IMG/VR virus record: IMGVR_UViG_3300028048_000068
Location: 1-64,000 of that record
Direction: 5' to 3' (one strand)
From: a virus
Lineage: Duplodnaviria; Caudoviricetes
Length of the DNA stretch: 64,000 nt
Shown here piece by piece: positions 17,147-28,176 of the stretch (the first letter of the stretch is position 1; each line of letters begins with the position of its first letter). Position numbers and translations under genes: made by a program. The notes under the pieces were generated by a model. The model was not told where the DNA came from and searched no databases. It saw only the letters and a list, made by a program, of their open reading frames with translations.

Positions 17147-18856
17147 ATGGCTATTGATTCTAGAAACCTAAGTATAGAAGGGGTTGAAGGCATATTAACA
17201 GATGGTATGAACGCATTACGCTCATTAAGTGCCACTGAAGAATCTTCTAATTTATTATTAGCAATAGAAAGAATTAAATCAAAAATTTTATTTTTGCAAT
17301 CGTTAGAGGAAAAAGTTTTGTCTTTATTTCCTGCTCCAAATGATAGAGAGTCAGTCCGTGCAAAAATTGTAGAATATAATAATAGTAATTTTAATGTTTT
17401 TTTTGGAGCAGATTTAAAAAAGACTTTTGTTGATAATTTTTTTAAAGCGGCAAAATCTACGAAAACTATAACACAACAGGAACAAAATTTATTGGCAGAA
17501 TATATAATTCAAGAAATTAATAAAAATTTGGATTCAACTATTCCCAAAGAAGAAATTGCGGCCGAGATTGCTAGACAATTTAATTTTACTATTTCAGCGA
17601 TTGTTACTGAGGGTGGCACTCGTTTTGCTACGAGAAAATTAGATATTGTTGGATTAGAAAAAAACACTCCGCATATTTTAATTGATAAATTAACCCCTCC
17701 AATGAGAGAAAGGTTACAACAAATTTTAAATGGACTAAACGGAGGTAAAAGCGATTATAAGTTTCCAAATTTGGATCATATAAGCTTAACTGGTTTCCAA
17801 ACTAATAAAGACAGTTTAAACATTCGTGTTACATCAGAATGGTTTTCTGAAATTAAAGGAATGAGTACTTCAGATATACAAAAAAAAATAGCTCAAGATC
17901 CACAAAAATGGAATCCTATAGTAGACCAAGCTAATGAAAATATTATTCAAATGTTATGTAGACAGGTTAGTAGCGAAGTTAGTTCGGAATTAAAAAGTTA
18001 TTTGCAAGATATGGTAAAAGCGAATCGTTATGTTTTTTTTATAGGCAAATCCACGAGTGATTTAATTGGTTTATTAGGGGAGATTAATGCTGTTTTAGCC
18101 ATTCAAAAATTAACAGGTAAAAAAGTATCTGTAGATTGGGTAGCGCATAATATGTCTGATGGCAAAAAAGTTAGTATTGATGTGGTATTAAAAAGTCAAT
18201 TGGGTATAAATGTTAAAAATACTGCTCAAAATTTTTCTCAATATGAGGGTTTTCATAATGTTGGATTTGTTAACCGAGACCCAAAAAATATATTAGATAC
18301 TTTATTAGGGGCTACTGATTTTAATACAGAACTCAGTGATGCTTTTCAAACATCTTATTTTAATATGAGTTATCAAATTATATCTAGTAGACCACATGTT
18401 AGAAAAGGAGCCAATTCAAATTTTGATAGTATAGAAAGTGGATTATTAAATTTCCGACAACATTTAATTACTTATTTATATCAATTTGCTCCAGAAATGT
18501 TATATATGGCTACTGATGATTTAGAAAAGCAATTATTAATATTAGATAATGAGCTAAGTAAAACAATTGCTGGTGTAGGAAATATATTATATATGGTTGG
18601 TGGAGTGCCTTTTTTTCCTTCAGAAATGATGACCGATTTATTACACGATTTAGAGGCACTTCAAAAAGATTTAATAGATGGTACTCGCTTACGTAAGAAA
18701 TCTTTTTTCTTTGATATTTCTAAGGGTAATTCAGATACTATTATTAATTATTTAAATGACCAAGCAGCTAGTGGGCATTCTGTAGCTTTACATAGTTTAG
18801 GATCTGGAGGAGATAAAATTACAACAATACAAATGACTTCTTCTTGGATATTTTAA
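17147..18856 (+). CDS. large hypothetical protein (569 aa), very AT-rich
   Basis: ORF track; GGAGG RBS; terminator at 18866-18888; function not recognised. Confidence 0.85.
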   Translation: MAIDSRNLSIEGVEGILTDGMNALRSLSATEESSNLLLAIERIKSKILFLQSLEEKVLSLFPAPNDRESVRAKIVEYNNSNFNVFFGADLKKTFVDNFFKAAKSTKTITQQEQNLLAEYIIQEINKNLDSTIPKEEIAAEIARQFNFTISAIVTEGGTRFATRKLDIVGLEKNTPHILIDKLTPPMRERLQQILNGLNGGKSDYKFPNLDHISLTGFQTNKDSLNIRVTSEWFSEIKGMSTSDIQKKIAQDPQKWNPIVDQANENIIQMLCRQVSSEVSSELKSYLQDMVKANRYVFFIGKSTSDLIGLLGEINAVLAIQKLTGKKVSVDWVAHNMSDGKKVSIDVVLKSQLGINVKNTAQNFSQYEGFHNVGFVNRDPKNILDTLLGATDFNTELSDAFQTSYFNMSYQIISSRPHVRKGANSNFDSIESGLLNFRQHLITYLYQFAPEMLYMATDDLEKQLLILDNELSKTIAGVGNILYMVGGVPFFPSEMMTDLLHDLEALQKDLIDGTRLRKKSFFFDISKGNSDTIINYLNDQAASGHSVALHSLGSGGDKITTIQMTSSWIF

Positions 18857-18949
18857 CATTTCTATAGACCGCATCCATGCGGTCTTTTAAATTTGAAAAA
18901 ATTAAAATTTTCTGATATAATTATATATATAAGAAGGGAGAAAATTATT

Positions 18950-20140
18950 ATGAATCTCAAAATATTTACAAACAACATCGAGCCACAAGCTCTTTCTCAA
19001 ATATATACACTTACGTCTCAGCCTGCTTTTGCCGACTGCAAAATCCGCATAATGCCGGACGTCCACGCTGGCGCAGGCTGTGTCATCGGATTCACTGCAG
19101 ACCTTGGTGAGAAAGTTATCCCTAACATTGTCGGAGTCGACATCGGCTGCGGCATGTTAACGGTTGAGCTTGGACAGATTGACATCGACTATGCAAAGTT
19201 AGACTCAATCATTCATATGTATATACCAAGCGGGCGCAATGTACATGCAGCTGCGACATATCCTGTTAAGACAATGAAGCAGTTATATTGTTACGATGCA
19301 TTGAAAAACAAAGACAGAATTAGATGTTCTCTCGGTACGCTCGGTGGTGGTAATCACTTTATCGAAATTGACGAGGATACAAAGGGCAACAAATATCTTG
19401 TTATCCATTCTGGTTCTCGTAACCTCGGTAAGCAAGTAGCGGATTACTATCAGAAGGTTGCGATTGACAATCTCTATGGTACTAATGACTTAGCTCAGGC
19501 GCAGAATGAGTTAATCGCTTCATTAAAAGCACAAGGTAGAGAAAGAGAAATATCGGGAGCAATAGAGGAACTTCATAAGTCCTATAAGGCAAAGACTATA
19601 GATATTCCAAAAGAATTATGCTATCTTGAGGGCGAGGATAGACTTAACTATCTCCACGATATGAAGATATGTCAAGAGTTTGCTGTGGCTAACCGCGCAA
19701 TGATGGCGAATATAATCTATCGTCATATGCACTGGGCGCCAGTATCATCATTTGAAACAATACACAACTATATCGAGCATGAGACAAATATGGTACGTAA
19801 AGGTGCTATATCTGCGAAATATGGTGAGCATGTATTAATTCCAATCAACATGCGCGATGGCTGCATTGTAGGTATCGGTAAAGGTAACGAAGATTGGAAC
19901 TGTTCTGCTCCGCATGGCGCCGGCCGCCTTATGAGTAGAGCAAAGGCGAAAGCAAATATATCACTTGATGATTTTGAAGCTTCGATGGAAGGTATTTATA
20001 CTACTTCGGTTAATCAGTCTACGCTTGATGAGTCTCCAATGGCTTATAAGTCGATGGATGAGATACTTGAAAATATAGGAGATACTGTTGAGGTTGAACG
20101 TATTATCAAGCCGGTATATAATTTCAAAGCGTCGGAGTAG
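18950..20140 (+). CDS. rtcB: RtcB-family RNA ligase (tRNA repair/splicing)
   Basis: PDVHAG, GVDIGCGM, GTLGGGNHFIE, HSGSR, HNY, RKGA, HGAGR motifs; own promoter and terminator. Confidence 0.95.
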   Translation: MNLKIFTNNIEPQALSQIYTLTSQPAFADCKIRIMPDVHAGAGCVIGFTADLGEKVIPNIVGVDIGCGMLTVELGQIDIDYAKLDSIIHMYIPSGRNVHAAATYPVKTMKQLYCYDALKNKDRIRCSLGTLGGGNHFIEIDEDTKGNKYLVIHSGSRNLGKQVADYYQKVAIDNLYGTNDLAQAQNELIASLKAQGREREISGAIEELHKSYKAKTIDIPKELCYLEGEDRLNYLHDMKICQEFAVANRAMMANIIYRHMHWAPVSSFETIHNYIEHETNMVRKGAISAKYGEHVLIPINMRDGCIVGIGKGNEDWNCSAPHGAGRLMSRAKAKANISLDDFEASMEGIYTTSVNQSTLDESPMAYKSMDEILENIGDTVEVERIIKPVYNFKASE

Positions 20141-20236
20141 AGGGTAGAAATACCCTCTTTTTAAATTTGAAAAAATTAAAATTTTCTGATATAATTATTA
20201 TAGAAAGTGAGAAGAGAAGTAGAAAGGAAAGTACCT

Positions 20237-20431
20237 ATGGATATAATCTATACAATTGAAGGACTGACAACAGCATTTGGTTCATATGATGATGCCAACA
20301 AATTTCGTAAATGGTATAATAAAAAATATGGCGATGGATTTTATTTAGATTCTACGGATATTAAAAAACATTATTGTTTTGAAAGCTTTGAAGATGTTGT
20401 TAACTGGGGAATTGAACCAACATCGTTTTAA
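20237..20431 (+). CDS. hypothetical protein
   Basis: RBS before MDIIYTIEG. Confidence 0.65.
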   Translation: MDIIYTIEGLTTAFGSYDDANKFRKWYNKKYGDGFYLDSTDIKKHYCFESFEDVVNWGIEPTSF

Positions 20432-20448
20432 TAGAAAGGAAAGTATCA

Positions 20449-20616
20449 ATGGATTGTATAACTTGTGGATATTGTTGGGCAGATGTTAATGAAGATGGCG
20501 AGCCAGAATCGCTTGAATACTGCCATTTTGATGGTCCAGAGGGTTGGGCGCCATGTGAATATGTCGAATACGATGAGTATGCAGATGAAGCCTACGTCGA
20601 TGCATGCGAGATTTGA
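20449..20616 (+). CDS. small acidic Cys-containing protein (55 aa)
   Basis: MDCITCGYCWAD...; GAAAGGA RBS; below track cutoff. Confidence 0.65.
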   Translation: MDCITCGYCWADVNEDGEPESLEYCHFDGPEGWAPCEYVEYDEYADEAYVDACEI

Positions 20617-20780
20617 GTAAGGAGGTATCTATGGATAGAATAGTTACTTTTCAGTTTGGTTCACAAACTCTTGAAGTATATATAGATGATGTACCTGAAG
20701 ATGCAACACCAAGTGAACTTAGAGATGAAGCGATTGATATATTTTTGATGAATTCGCATTATTATGTAGAGGAGGCTTAA

Positions 20781-21128
20781 ATGGGAACAAACTATTATGT
20801 AGTACCGAATAGACCATCTATAGCAGAGCCTATTCACATAGGAAAATCTTCTATGGGTTGGATGTTTCTGTTTCAAGATGCAAGTGAACTTTATAGGGAG
20901 GTTCCAGTAGTATGGCATTGTTATGAAGATGTCGAAGATTGGCTTTATAGACATACCGTTGAAAGTGAGCAGTATGTTATTATAGACGAATATGATGAAA
21001 TTATTTCATTTGATGATTTTATTGAACTGGTTGCGCGTAAACAGAAACAATTTAAGGATAATCCAGACAACTTTAGATATTGTCGTAATGTTGGCGGATA
21101 CAGATTTGAAGAAGGAGAGTTTTGCTAA
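20781..21128 (+). CDS. conserved phage hypothetical protein (MGTNYY...HIGKSSMGW)
   Basis: ORF track; GGAGG RBS. Confidence 0.8.
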   Translation: MGTNYYVVPNRPSIAEPIHIGKSSMGWMFLFQDASELYREVPVVWHCYEDVEDWLYRHTVESEQYVIIDEYDEIISFDDFIELVARKQKQFKDNPDNFRYCRNVGGYRFEEGEFC

Positions 21129-21294
21129 TGGAAGAAGGTACAATCAGAACCATACAGCTTTGGCTCGATGACTCATTCATGGAAATAGAACTTAACCAGC
21201 CAAAAGACTGGGACGAAGATAAATTCACCGAGGAAGCAATTAACTATGTATTGAGTAATATCGCAATTGATATACTGTAGAAAGGGAGATATAT

Positions 21295-21735
21295 ATGATA
21301 GTTAAAGTTGTTTTTGGATGTGGCACTAAAATTTATGCTTATAATACAGACCTTAATATGCTTAGGGGTGGAGTATATGATATAGTTTCTAGTGGTAGCC
21401 TTGGTAGCCTTAGTGGTTCAAGAGGATATGACTCATATGTGACAGTAATACATATTGCGTCTGGTTATGACCCAAAGCTGAGGACGATTACTGAGGCGCG
21501 CCTTATCAAAGGACCTCGCAAACCAGAGAAACCCTATAAGCAGGTTGTTGTTAATAAATCTAAGCGTACTATTTGTGTAGTATGGAAAGATGGTACACAC
21601 ACAGTAATGAAGTGTCATTCAGAAGATGAGTGGGATGAAGAAAAAGGTATTGCTATGTGCTTTATGAAAAAAGTCTTTCAGAATAGAGGTTGTTACTATG
21701 ATACCTTTAGAGATGTAACATATATGGGAGAATGA
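21295..21735 (+). CDS. hypothetical protein
   Basis: ORF track; RBS. Confidence 0.8.
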   Translation: MIVKVVFGCGTKIYAYNTDLNMLRGGVYDIVSSGSLGSLSGSRGYDSYVTVIHIASGYDPKLRTITEARLIKGPRKPEKPYKQVVVNKSKRTICVVWKDGTHTVMKCHSEDEWDEEKGIAMCFMKKVFQNRGCYYDTFRDVTYMGE

Positions 21736-21935
21736 TGGATATAAAAGATATATACAAGCGTTTTAAACAAAATCATCGTAATGATAATGGGGGTATAAAT
21801 CTATACCCTCAATTTGATTATGATTTAAAAATGTTAATGGAATGGATAGAGAGTGAGTTAGATTTGGCGTCAGATACAAATGTTGATTGTAGTTGGCGCG
21901 CACCCGAAGGAGGAAATGAATGGCAAGGACAATAG
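21732..21935 (+). CDS. hypothetical protein
   Basis: ORF track; coupled. Confidence 0.65.
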   Translation: MMDIKDIYKRFKQNHRNDNGGINLYPQFDYDLKMLMEWIESELDLASDTNVDCSWRAPEGGNEWQGQ

Positions 21936-22120
21936 TCGATATAGTATTTTCAGTTGCAATATTAGTTGGAATTTGCCTTCATTATTTTTATATTGGTGAT
22001 ATATCTATAGGAACATTTTATTTAGTTCTTATAGCCAATTATGTTGGTGCGCGTTATCTACTTATGTCTGATTTAGATTTTGCCATTTATGTTGCAGCAT
22101 TGGAGTCAGAAGATGAGTGA
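21920..22120 (+). CDS. small membrane protein
   Basis: AGGAGG RBS; hydrophobic. Confidence 0.65.
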   Translation: MARTIVDIVFSVAILVGICLHYFYIGDISIGTFYLVLIANYVGARYLLMSDLDFAIYVAALESEDE

Positions 22121-22298
22121 ACCATATGTGTGTATGAGATGTAAGGCGGCTGGCGCCAAGTCGATTATTAAATATAAGATTATCGAAGATATAACAGGAG
22201 ATTCAGTTAAATTCAAAGGACAACTTTGTGAACGTTGTTTCAATGAGTTAATGACACCGGCGCAGAATTCGGAAAACGTAAACAAAGAAACAAAATAA
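22113..22298 (+). CDS. Zn-ribbon hypothetical protein
   Basis: CMRC...CERC. Confidence 0.65.
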   Translation: MSEPYVCMRCKAAGAKSIIKYKIIEDITGDSVKFKGQLCERCFNELMTPAQNSENVNKETK

Positions 22299-22357
22299 AA
22301 ATTGATTAATTCTTAAATTTTTTATATAATAATAATATAAGAAAGGAAAGAATTTAA

Positions 22358-23017
22358 ATGGACAGACAGTTAGAAGCATGCCTTGCAGCAGAAAGAATAG
22401 TTAATGCAGTACAGAGTGCAGGTTGTGATTTATCAGACCCACATTCTATTATTCAGAACGCTTGGACAGACCTTCCAGATGGCATACAGTATGCTTATGG
22501 CGCATCGCGTCTTGTGCTTTGGGACGAAGATTACTGCGACTATGTAGTGAAAATCGCACTTGACCCAGCATATGAGAAGTATTGTCGGCGCGAGGTTGAA
22601 GTATATGCAGATGCAGTACAGGAAGGGCTTGCCGATTCTTTTGGTTGGTGTATGTGTTATTCTGAACCAATAGAAGAAGTGGATAACTATGTGCCTGGCA
22701 TCTATGTAATGGAGTACCTTGATTGTAATGAGGACGAGGTCTATGATGATGCCTGGTGTTATGGATACAAAGAGTACTGTCGTAGTAATGGTCTTGATGC
22801 TTCCAATTATGATAATGCTGATGAATATAATGATTGGAATTGCGAAGATGAAGGTATGTATTTGGATTACTTTGAGTCTGAAATGGGCCGCGACTATTTA
22901 AGAGCGTTTGAAGTCTTTCTTTGCAAGTGGCGCATCACAGATTTGCATCAAGGAAATTTCTCAACAGGTAAGCCTTCGCATATGAAGATAGTAGATTATG
23001 CAGGCTGGGGTTGGTAG
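22358..23017 (+). CDS. protein-kinase-like fold protein (putative Ser/Thr kinase)
   Basis: YGASRLV (Gly loop), VVKIA (Lys), REVEVY (helix C Glu), VMEYL (hinge), DLHQGNF (catalytic loop), IVDYAG (DFG equivalent). Confidence 0.7.
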   Translation: MDRQLEACLAAERIVNAVQSAGCDLSDPHSIIQNAWTDLPDGIQYAYGASRLVLWDEDYCDYVVKIALDPAYEKYCRREVEVYADAVQEGLADSFGWCMCYSEPIEEVDNYVPGIYVMEYLDCNEDEVYDDAWCYGYKEYCRSNGLDASNYDNADEYNDWNCEDEGMYLDYFESEMGRDYLRAFEVFLCKWRITDLHQGNFSTGKPSHMKIVDYAGWGW

Positions 23018-23091
23018 ACACCAATCCCAATTTAGTATAAGATGGGATTGGTAAATCCACTTATATATAGAATAAAGTGGAGGAAAATATT

Positions 23092-23799
23092 ATGCCAGTT
23101 AAAAATGAAATAGGAAATAGATATGGTAAATTAGTTGTTTTAGAGCGAGCAGAAAATAATAAATATGGAGATGCACAATGGTTATGTCAATGCGATTGTG
23201 GTAATCAAGCTATTGTAAAAGGCGTTAGTTTACGTAATGGTCATACAAAATCATGTGGTTGCTTAAAAAGTAAAAATTTGGCTGAAATAAGTCGTAGTAA
23301 GATTATTAATTTATCTGGACAACGCTTTGGACGATTAACTGTTATAGAACCGACATATAATCAACAGAAAAAAATGAGATGGCTATGTCAATGTGAATGT
23401 GGCAGTAAAGTTTTAGTACGTTCTTCTAATTTACTTTCAGGAGAAACTAAATCTTGTGGTTGCATCAAATCAGAAGGTGAATATGCTATTGCGAAATATT
23501 TATCATCTCATAATTATAATTTTAGTCGCGAATATATGTTTGCTGATTTACGTAGGGTTTTTCCTCTTCGTTTTGATTTTGCTGTTTTTGATACAGAGAA
23601 CAAACTTCAGTTTTTAATTGAATACGATGGTCCGCATCATTGGTATTGTGAAGGATGGCAGAATATTGAGTTAATTCAAGAATGTGATATTAAAAAAGAA
23701 GAATATTGTAAATTACATAATATTCCTTTATATAGAATAAATTATAGTGAAAATATTATTAATCGTTTAGAAGAAATTCTAAAAGAACAGGAGAATTAA
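23092..23799 (+). CDS. homing endonuclease: two GxxxGxLxV..WLCQCxCG repeats plus Vsr/DUF559-like nuclease domain
   Basis: repeat motifs; RFDFAV..LIEYDGPHH..D..K..YC. Confidence 0.75.
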   Translation: MPVKNEIGNRYGKLVVLERAENNKYGDAQWLCQCDCGNQAIVKGVSLRNGHTKSCGCLKSKNLAEISRSKIINLSGQRFGRLTVIEPTYNQQKKMRWLCQCECGSKVLVRSSNLLSGETKSCGCIKSEGEYAIAKYLSSHNYNFSREYMFADLRRVFPLRFDFAVFDTENKLQFLIEYDGPHHWYCEGWQNIELIQECDIKKEEYCKLHNIPLYRINYSENIINRLEEILKEQEN

Positions 23800-24585
23800 A
23801 TGTCACATTATACAGTAGCAGTAATTACTTACACAGGCACAGAAGAAGAGGTTGCTGAACTTCTTTCTCCATTTGATGAAAATATAGAGGTTGAATCTTA
23901 TCTTCATCGAACAAAAAAACAAATTATCAAGGAAGGACGCGAGCATCATGAAAAAGCCCTTGAAGAGATTCAGAAGTTTGAGAAAGACAAACTTATTGAA
24001 ATTCTTACTAATCCTGGATATGATTGGTATCGGTGCATTTTAAATGCAAGAACTGACGAAGATTTCTATAAAATAGAAGCCTACGAAGATATGCTTGGTG
24101 AAGATGGCAATGAGTATTCTACTTATAACATCAATTCGCGTTGGGATTGGTGGGAAATAGGTGGCCGTTGGAATTGTTGCCTAAGAGATTATAACGGAGA
24201 ATATCATAACACACTCAAAATTGCTGATTGGGATTATAATTATATAGACCCAAATGATATTACACATTATTCGCGCTTTTGGGAGATTGCCGTTGAAGGC
24301 GCGGAGCCAACGGAAGAAGAGAAGGAAGAGTTTATTCTATGGTATAAGCCAGAATACTATATAGAAAAATATGGTAATAAATCTAACTTTATCAAATCTA
24401 TGATGACTTTCTCCACCTATGCTTTACTTACAGATGAAGGTTGGTTTGAGCCAGGTAAAATGGGCTGGTGGGGTGTATCCCATGCAGAACCAATAGACCA
24501 GGGTCTTTGGGAAAGAGATTTTACCTCTCTTATTGATACCTTTGATAAGGATATGTATGTGACGATTGTAGATTGTCATATTTAA
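23800..24585 (+). CDS. conserved phage hypothetical protein (WDWW.IGGRW; VDCH)
   Basis: ORF track; AGGAG RBS. Confidence 0.85.
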   Translation: MSHYTVAVITYTGTEEEVAELLSPFDENIEVESYLHRTKKQIIKEGREHHEKALEEIQKFEKDKLIEILTNPGYDWYRCILNARTDEDFYKIEAYEDMLGEDGNEYSTYNINSRWDWWEIGGRWNCCLRDYNGEYHNTLKIADWDYNYIDPNDITHYSRFWEIAVEGAEPTEEEKEEFILWYKPEYYIEKYGNKSNFIKSMMTFSTYALLTDEGWFEPGKMGWWGVSHAEPIDQGLWERDFTSLIDTFDKDMYVTIVDCHI

Positions 24586-24986
24586 TGGGACGGCCGCCGT
24601 GTATGTATGCACGGTGGTCTTTTTTAATTTGAAAATTTCTGAAATTTTTGATATAATAAATTATAAGATAGAGAAAGGAAAGATTGTATTATGAAAGTAA
24701 AAGAAATAATTGAATTATTAAAAGCTTTGGATGATGACCTTGATGTAAAGTTTATTGACCTTTATGATGTAGGCATCGAGGTTATGACGGTAGGCGAAGA
24801 TTTCTATTACAGCGAAAAGGAGTAGTCTATGTGGGAAGATGATATTTGTTGGTGCATGGATAGTGAGACTTGCACAAACTATGAGTGTTTTAGACATCTC
24901 ACTCATATGGATAAGCCGCAGATTTTTACTTGTAGCCATTTAAGAGATACGGACTATTGTCCGCTGACAAAGGAGAGTGAAGAATA

Positions 24987-25445
24987 ATGAGTGCATATAT
25001 ACAGTTCTTTGTAAGAAATGAAAACGCATTTATGCCAATTAGTATTTATTCACGAAATAATTCAATCTATCAGTACTTCGATGAATATACTCCATGGGGA
25101 AAGATTAAACCCATAACGAGAGGACTTCTCAATAAGATACGCGATGATATAAATGAAGACCTTGTAGCCACGCAGAAGAGATATGACCGCGCGAAGGAAA
25201 TGAAAGAGTGGATTGCTACTCTGAATAATTCTCTTGAAGAGAAGATGGAGTATATAGAGAATACAGAGGAAGTATTAAGGGAATGTTGCGAAGAGATAGA
25301 TAGGCTTACTTATACGAAGCATTATCTTACTTTCCTTGATGATGTGATTGAGTCAGTTGAATATAAGGAACATATAGACCACAATAGCTATCTATATGTG
25401 GGAATCGAAATTGGTAGCCCAACAGTTGATGATATAGTGAGGTAA
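24987..25445 (+). CDS. hypothetical protein
   Basis: ORF track. Confidence 0.8.
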   Translation: MSAYIQFFVRNENAFMPISIYSRNNSIYQYFDEYTPWGKIKPITRGLLNKIRDDINEDLVATQKRYDRAKEMKEWIATLNNSLEEKMEYIENTEEVLRECCEEIDRLTYTKHYLTFLDDVIESVEYKEHIDHNSYLYVGIEIGSPTVDDIVR

Positions 25446-25449
25446 ATAT

Positions 25450-25803
25450 ATGAGTGAGCAAGTAATTAATGAGTTATGTCAGAAGTTTCATACTACAGTA
25501 GATAATTTAATACCTGTATATTCTAAATATGCGATGAGTAAGGATATAGGTAGTTGTATTATTTGCATAATACTAATTATTATTAGTATCTTGTACCTTC
25601 TCTATATAAAACATTATTGTAGCGAAGAAGGCATTAATGATTGGATAGATTTGCCAGGGTATCATATATTCGGGTCGGCGGTTGTTATTTTTATTATATT
25701 AGGTTGTATCATTGGGCTATGTTTATATATATATGACTATGTACTTTGGTTCAATTGCCCACAGATGAGATTTTTAGACTACTTCACCAGTCAGATAAGT
25801 TAG
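25450..25803 (+). CDS. membrane protein
   Basis: two transmembrane segments. Confidence 0.75.
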   Translation: MSEQVINELCQKFHTTVDNLIPVYSKYAMSKDIGSCIICIILIIISILYLLYIKHYCSEEGINDWIDLPGYHIFGSAVVIFIILGCIIGLCLYIYDYVLWFNCPQMRFLDYFTSQIS

Positions 25804-25812
25804 GAGGTATCA

Positions 25813-26142
25813 ATGAAAGTACTTATAAGCCCAGGGTATGGCGCCGGTTGGTCAACATGGAATGACCCAAGAATGGCATTTGATGAGCGTTTGATTAGAG
25901 CATTCGAGTGTGGTATTTCAGAGGAAGATATGAGAGACCTTTGTGTGGAATGTGGATATAGTATTGGTATGTATTGTGAAGTACCTCCATACATGGGTGG
26001 TTTCAAGAATCTTATGGTGGTTGAAGTTCCAAGTGGCACCATGTTCCGTATTCGTGAATACGATGGCTACGAGTCGGTTGAAATGCTTGATATGGACGAT
26101 TGGTATGTAGCCGAGGGAGAGTTTTATGATTGTAATAATTGA
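25813..26142 (+). CDS. conserved phage hypothetical protein (SPGYGAGWSTWN; EYDGYE)
   Basis: ORF track; AGGAGG RBS. Confidence 0.8.
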   Translation: MKVLISPGYGAGWSTWNDPRMAFDERLIRAFECGISEEDMRDLCVECGYSIGMYCEVPPYMGGFKNLMVVEVPSGTMFRIREYDGYESVEMLDMDDWYVAEGEFYDCNN

Positions 26143-26481
26143 AGGTGATTCAATCAAATTCACCGAGGGGAAACGAACGCTCTCTTTCGAAGAGGGTTTT
26201 AGGAGACTAGACCAACGATATAAAGATGAACCTCAAGAAGTTAAAAGAAAAATCCAGGAATTGAGGGAGAGGTTTTATAAGGCTTAGATAATCTAAGCCT
26301 TTTTTATTTGCTTTACGTACGCTGCGGCCGGTCGTTAGTGTACGTGCACTGGCTGAACCTTTTGATGCAAGAGGTTGGACGGCCGCAGTATACGTATCAA
26401 CTTCGACGTAGGTTTACAAATTTGAAAATTTAATAAAAAAGTATTATAATTATATTAGAAAGTTAAGAAAGGAATATAATT

Positions 26482-26961
26482 ATGTTTATCAATGAAGAAT
26501 TATTTAATAGCTGGGTTGCTGAAGCTGTTGAAAGGCAGACAAAAATAAACTCATTCGTACATAGTATTGATGCTGACATAAAAGTTAATATATCAGCCTA
26601 TGATGATTTTTATTGTATTATTAGTGATAAATTAATAAATGTATCACTTAATTCAGACCCATATACGGACCAGCTATTAGATGGCTTTATTCAAGACCGT
26701 TTTGGTGTGTCGATGAACCCTTTCTTACTTGGCACGCTCCACGAAATAGGGCATATCATAACTTTTGATAAAAATTTAGATAGGGATAGAGACATACTTT
26801 ATTATATGCTTCAACTTGATTATGTTGATGAGCGTGTCGAAGAATTGAGCTATGCTTATTTCTCAATTCCTGCTGAATTTGAAGCCACCAAGTGGGCAGT
26901 CAATTATTATTTATCCCATAAAGAATATTGTGATAATTTTATTAAGGAGATTGGTTTATGA
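26482..26961 (+). CDS. putative zinc metallopeptidase (HExxH)
   Basis: LHEIGH plus downstream E..A (PAEFEA). Confidence 0.6.
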   Translation: MFINEELFNSWVAEAVERQTKINSFVHSIDADIKVNISAYDDFYCIISDKLINVSLNSDPYTDQLLDGFIQDRFGVSMNPFLLGTLHEIGHIITFDKNLDRDRDILYYMLQLDYVDERVEELSYAYFSIPAEFEATKWAVNYYLSHKEYCDNFIKEIGL

Positions 26962-27281
26962 AACTTGATAAAAGACAGTTCTGTATAGCAGTTAAAACCT
27001 ATAAAGAGATGTTAGAAGAAGAAGAAAAACTTCTCGACGCTCTTGATGTAGCGCCAGAGTGGAAGCCAGGCGAATGGATTAATAACTATTATGAACTACT
27101 TACTGATCTATGTGAATTAGAAGTTGATGAGCTTTATGGTTCTGACCTTGATTGGTTCTGTTTCGATACTAAATTTGGAACCGATAAAGACATGAATAAG
27201 GTTTATGATACTGAAACAGGTCGGGCTTGGCGCATTGAGTCGCCGGAGATATTATACGATTTTATTACAAGAGACGAGTAA
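26958..27281 (+). CDS. hypothetical protein
   Basis: ORF track; AAGGAG RBS. Confidence 0.8.
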   Translation: MKLDKRQFCIAVKTYKEMLEEEEKLLDALDVAPEWKPGEWINNYYELLTDLCELEVDELYGSDLDWFCFDTKFGTDKDMNKVYDTETGRAWRIESPEILYDFITRDE

Positions 27282-27388
27282 ATTTATGGGACGGCCGCGC
27301 TTCTACATATAGAAGTGCGGTCTTTTAAATTTGAATTTTTTAGAAAATTTTGATATAATAAAGTATAAGATAAGAAAGGAGAAAATCT

Positions 27389-27910
27389 ATGGCAATGGTA
27401 GATTATGGCGCGATTGCGTGGAAAGATGGAAAGCTTATTTCAACTGACATGTTTACTCCAATGGAAGATATGGTTGGTTGGACGGATAATGGTAAATATA
27501 AACTTGAAGGTAATTATTTTGCTTATATAGGTGATAAAGACCTTGTTATTGGCTTTTATAAAAGCCTTATGCATATATGTTATTGCAGTGATGACGGCTA
27601 TATAGAAGAGCCTATTTGGTTTGGTTGGGAGAACTTCAAAGGTTGGCATAAATGGAAAAATCTATTTAGTATAGGCGATGATGAGGTTGAAATTATAGTG
27701 CGGCCGCGCAGGTTCCATGACTATTATATGTGTACAATGACTTATCGTGGACATAAATATAAAGTAGCCTTTGGTTATGGAGTTGACCTTAGCTACTATA
27801 AGAAAACTCACATAATTGACTACTATGGAACGCCATGGTTTAAAGTTAGTAATTGGCTTAGTGATATACATTACAAATTTGAAGTTTGGAGATGGGAGAG
27901 AGGATTATGA
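27389..27910 (+). CDS. hypothetical protein
   Basis: ORF track; promoter and RBS. Confidence 0.8.
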   Translation: MAMVDYGAIAWKDGKLISTDMFTPMEDMVGWTDNGKYKLEGNYFAYIGDKDLVIGFYKSLMHICYCSDDGYIEEPIWFGWENFKGWHKWKNLFSIGDDEVEIIVRPRRFHDYYMCTMTYRGHKYKVAFGYGVDLSYYKKTHIIDYYGTPWFKVSNWLSDIHYKFEVWRWERGL

Positions 27911-28176
27911 TATATAGCGTATATGTAAGATATTATAACGAATATGCAAAACCGGAGGACCAGGACGAAAATGGAATGGTTGAAGCCAACTGTTTTGTTG
28001 CCGGTGACACAATTAATGAGGTAATTACCACAATGACTGATTACTTTGGTGAAAAAGAAATTGATAAAATAAGTTGTGAACCAATTTCGCCAGATAACTT
28101 CATCGAGTTCCGTGGCAAAGATAGAAAAGCTTTTGCTATGATTGAAGCTGACCTCAAAGAAAATGTGGTGTGGTAA
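27907..28176 (+). CDS. hypothetical protein
   Basis: coupled ATGA start. Confidence 0.7.
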   Translation: MIYSVYVRYYNEYAKPEDQDENGMVEANCFVAGDTINEVITTMTDYFGEKEIDKISCEPISPDNFIEFRGKDRKAFAMIEADLKENVVW

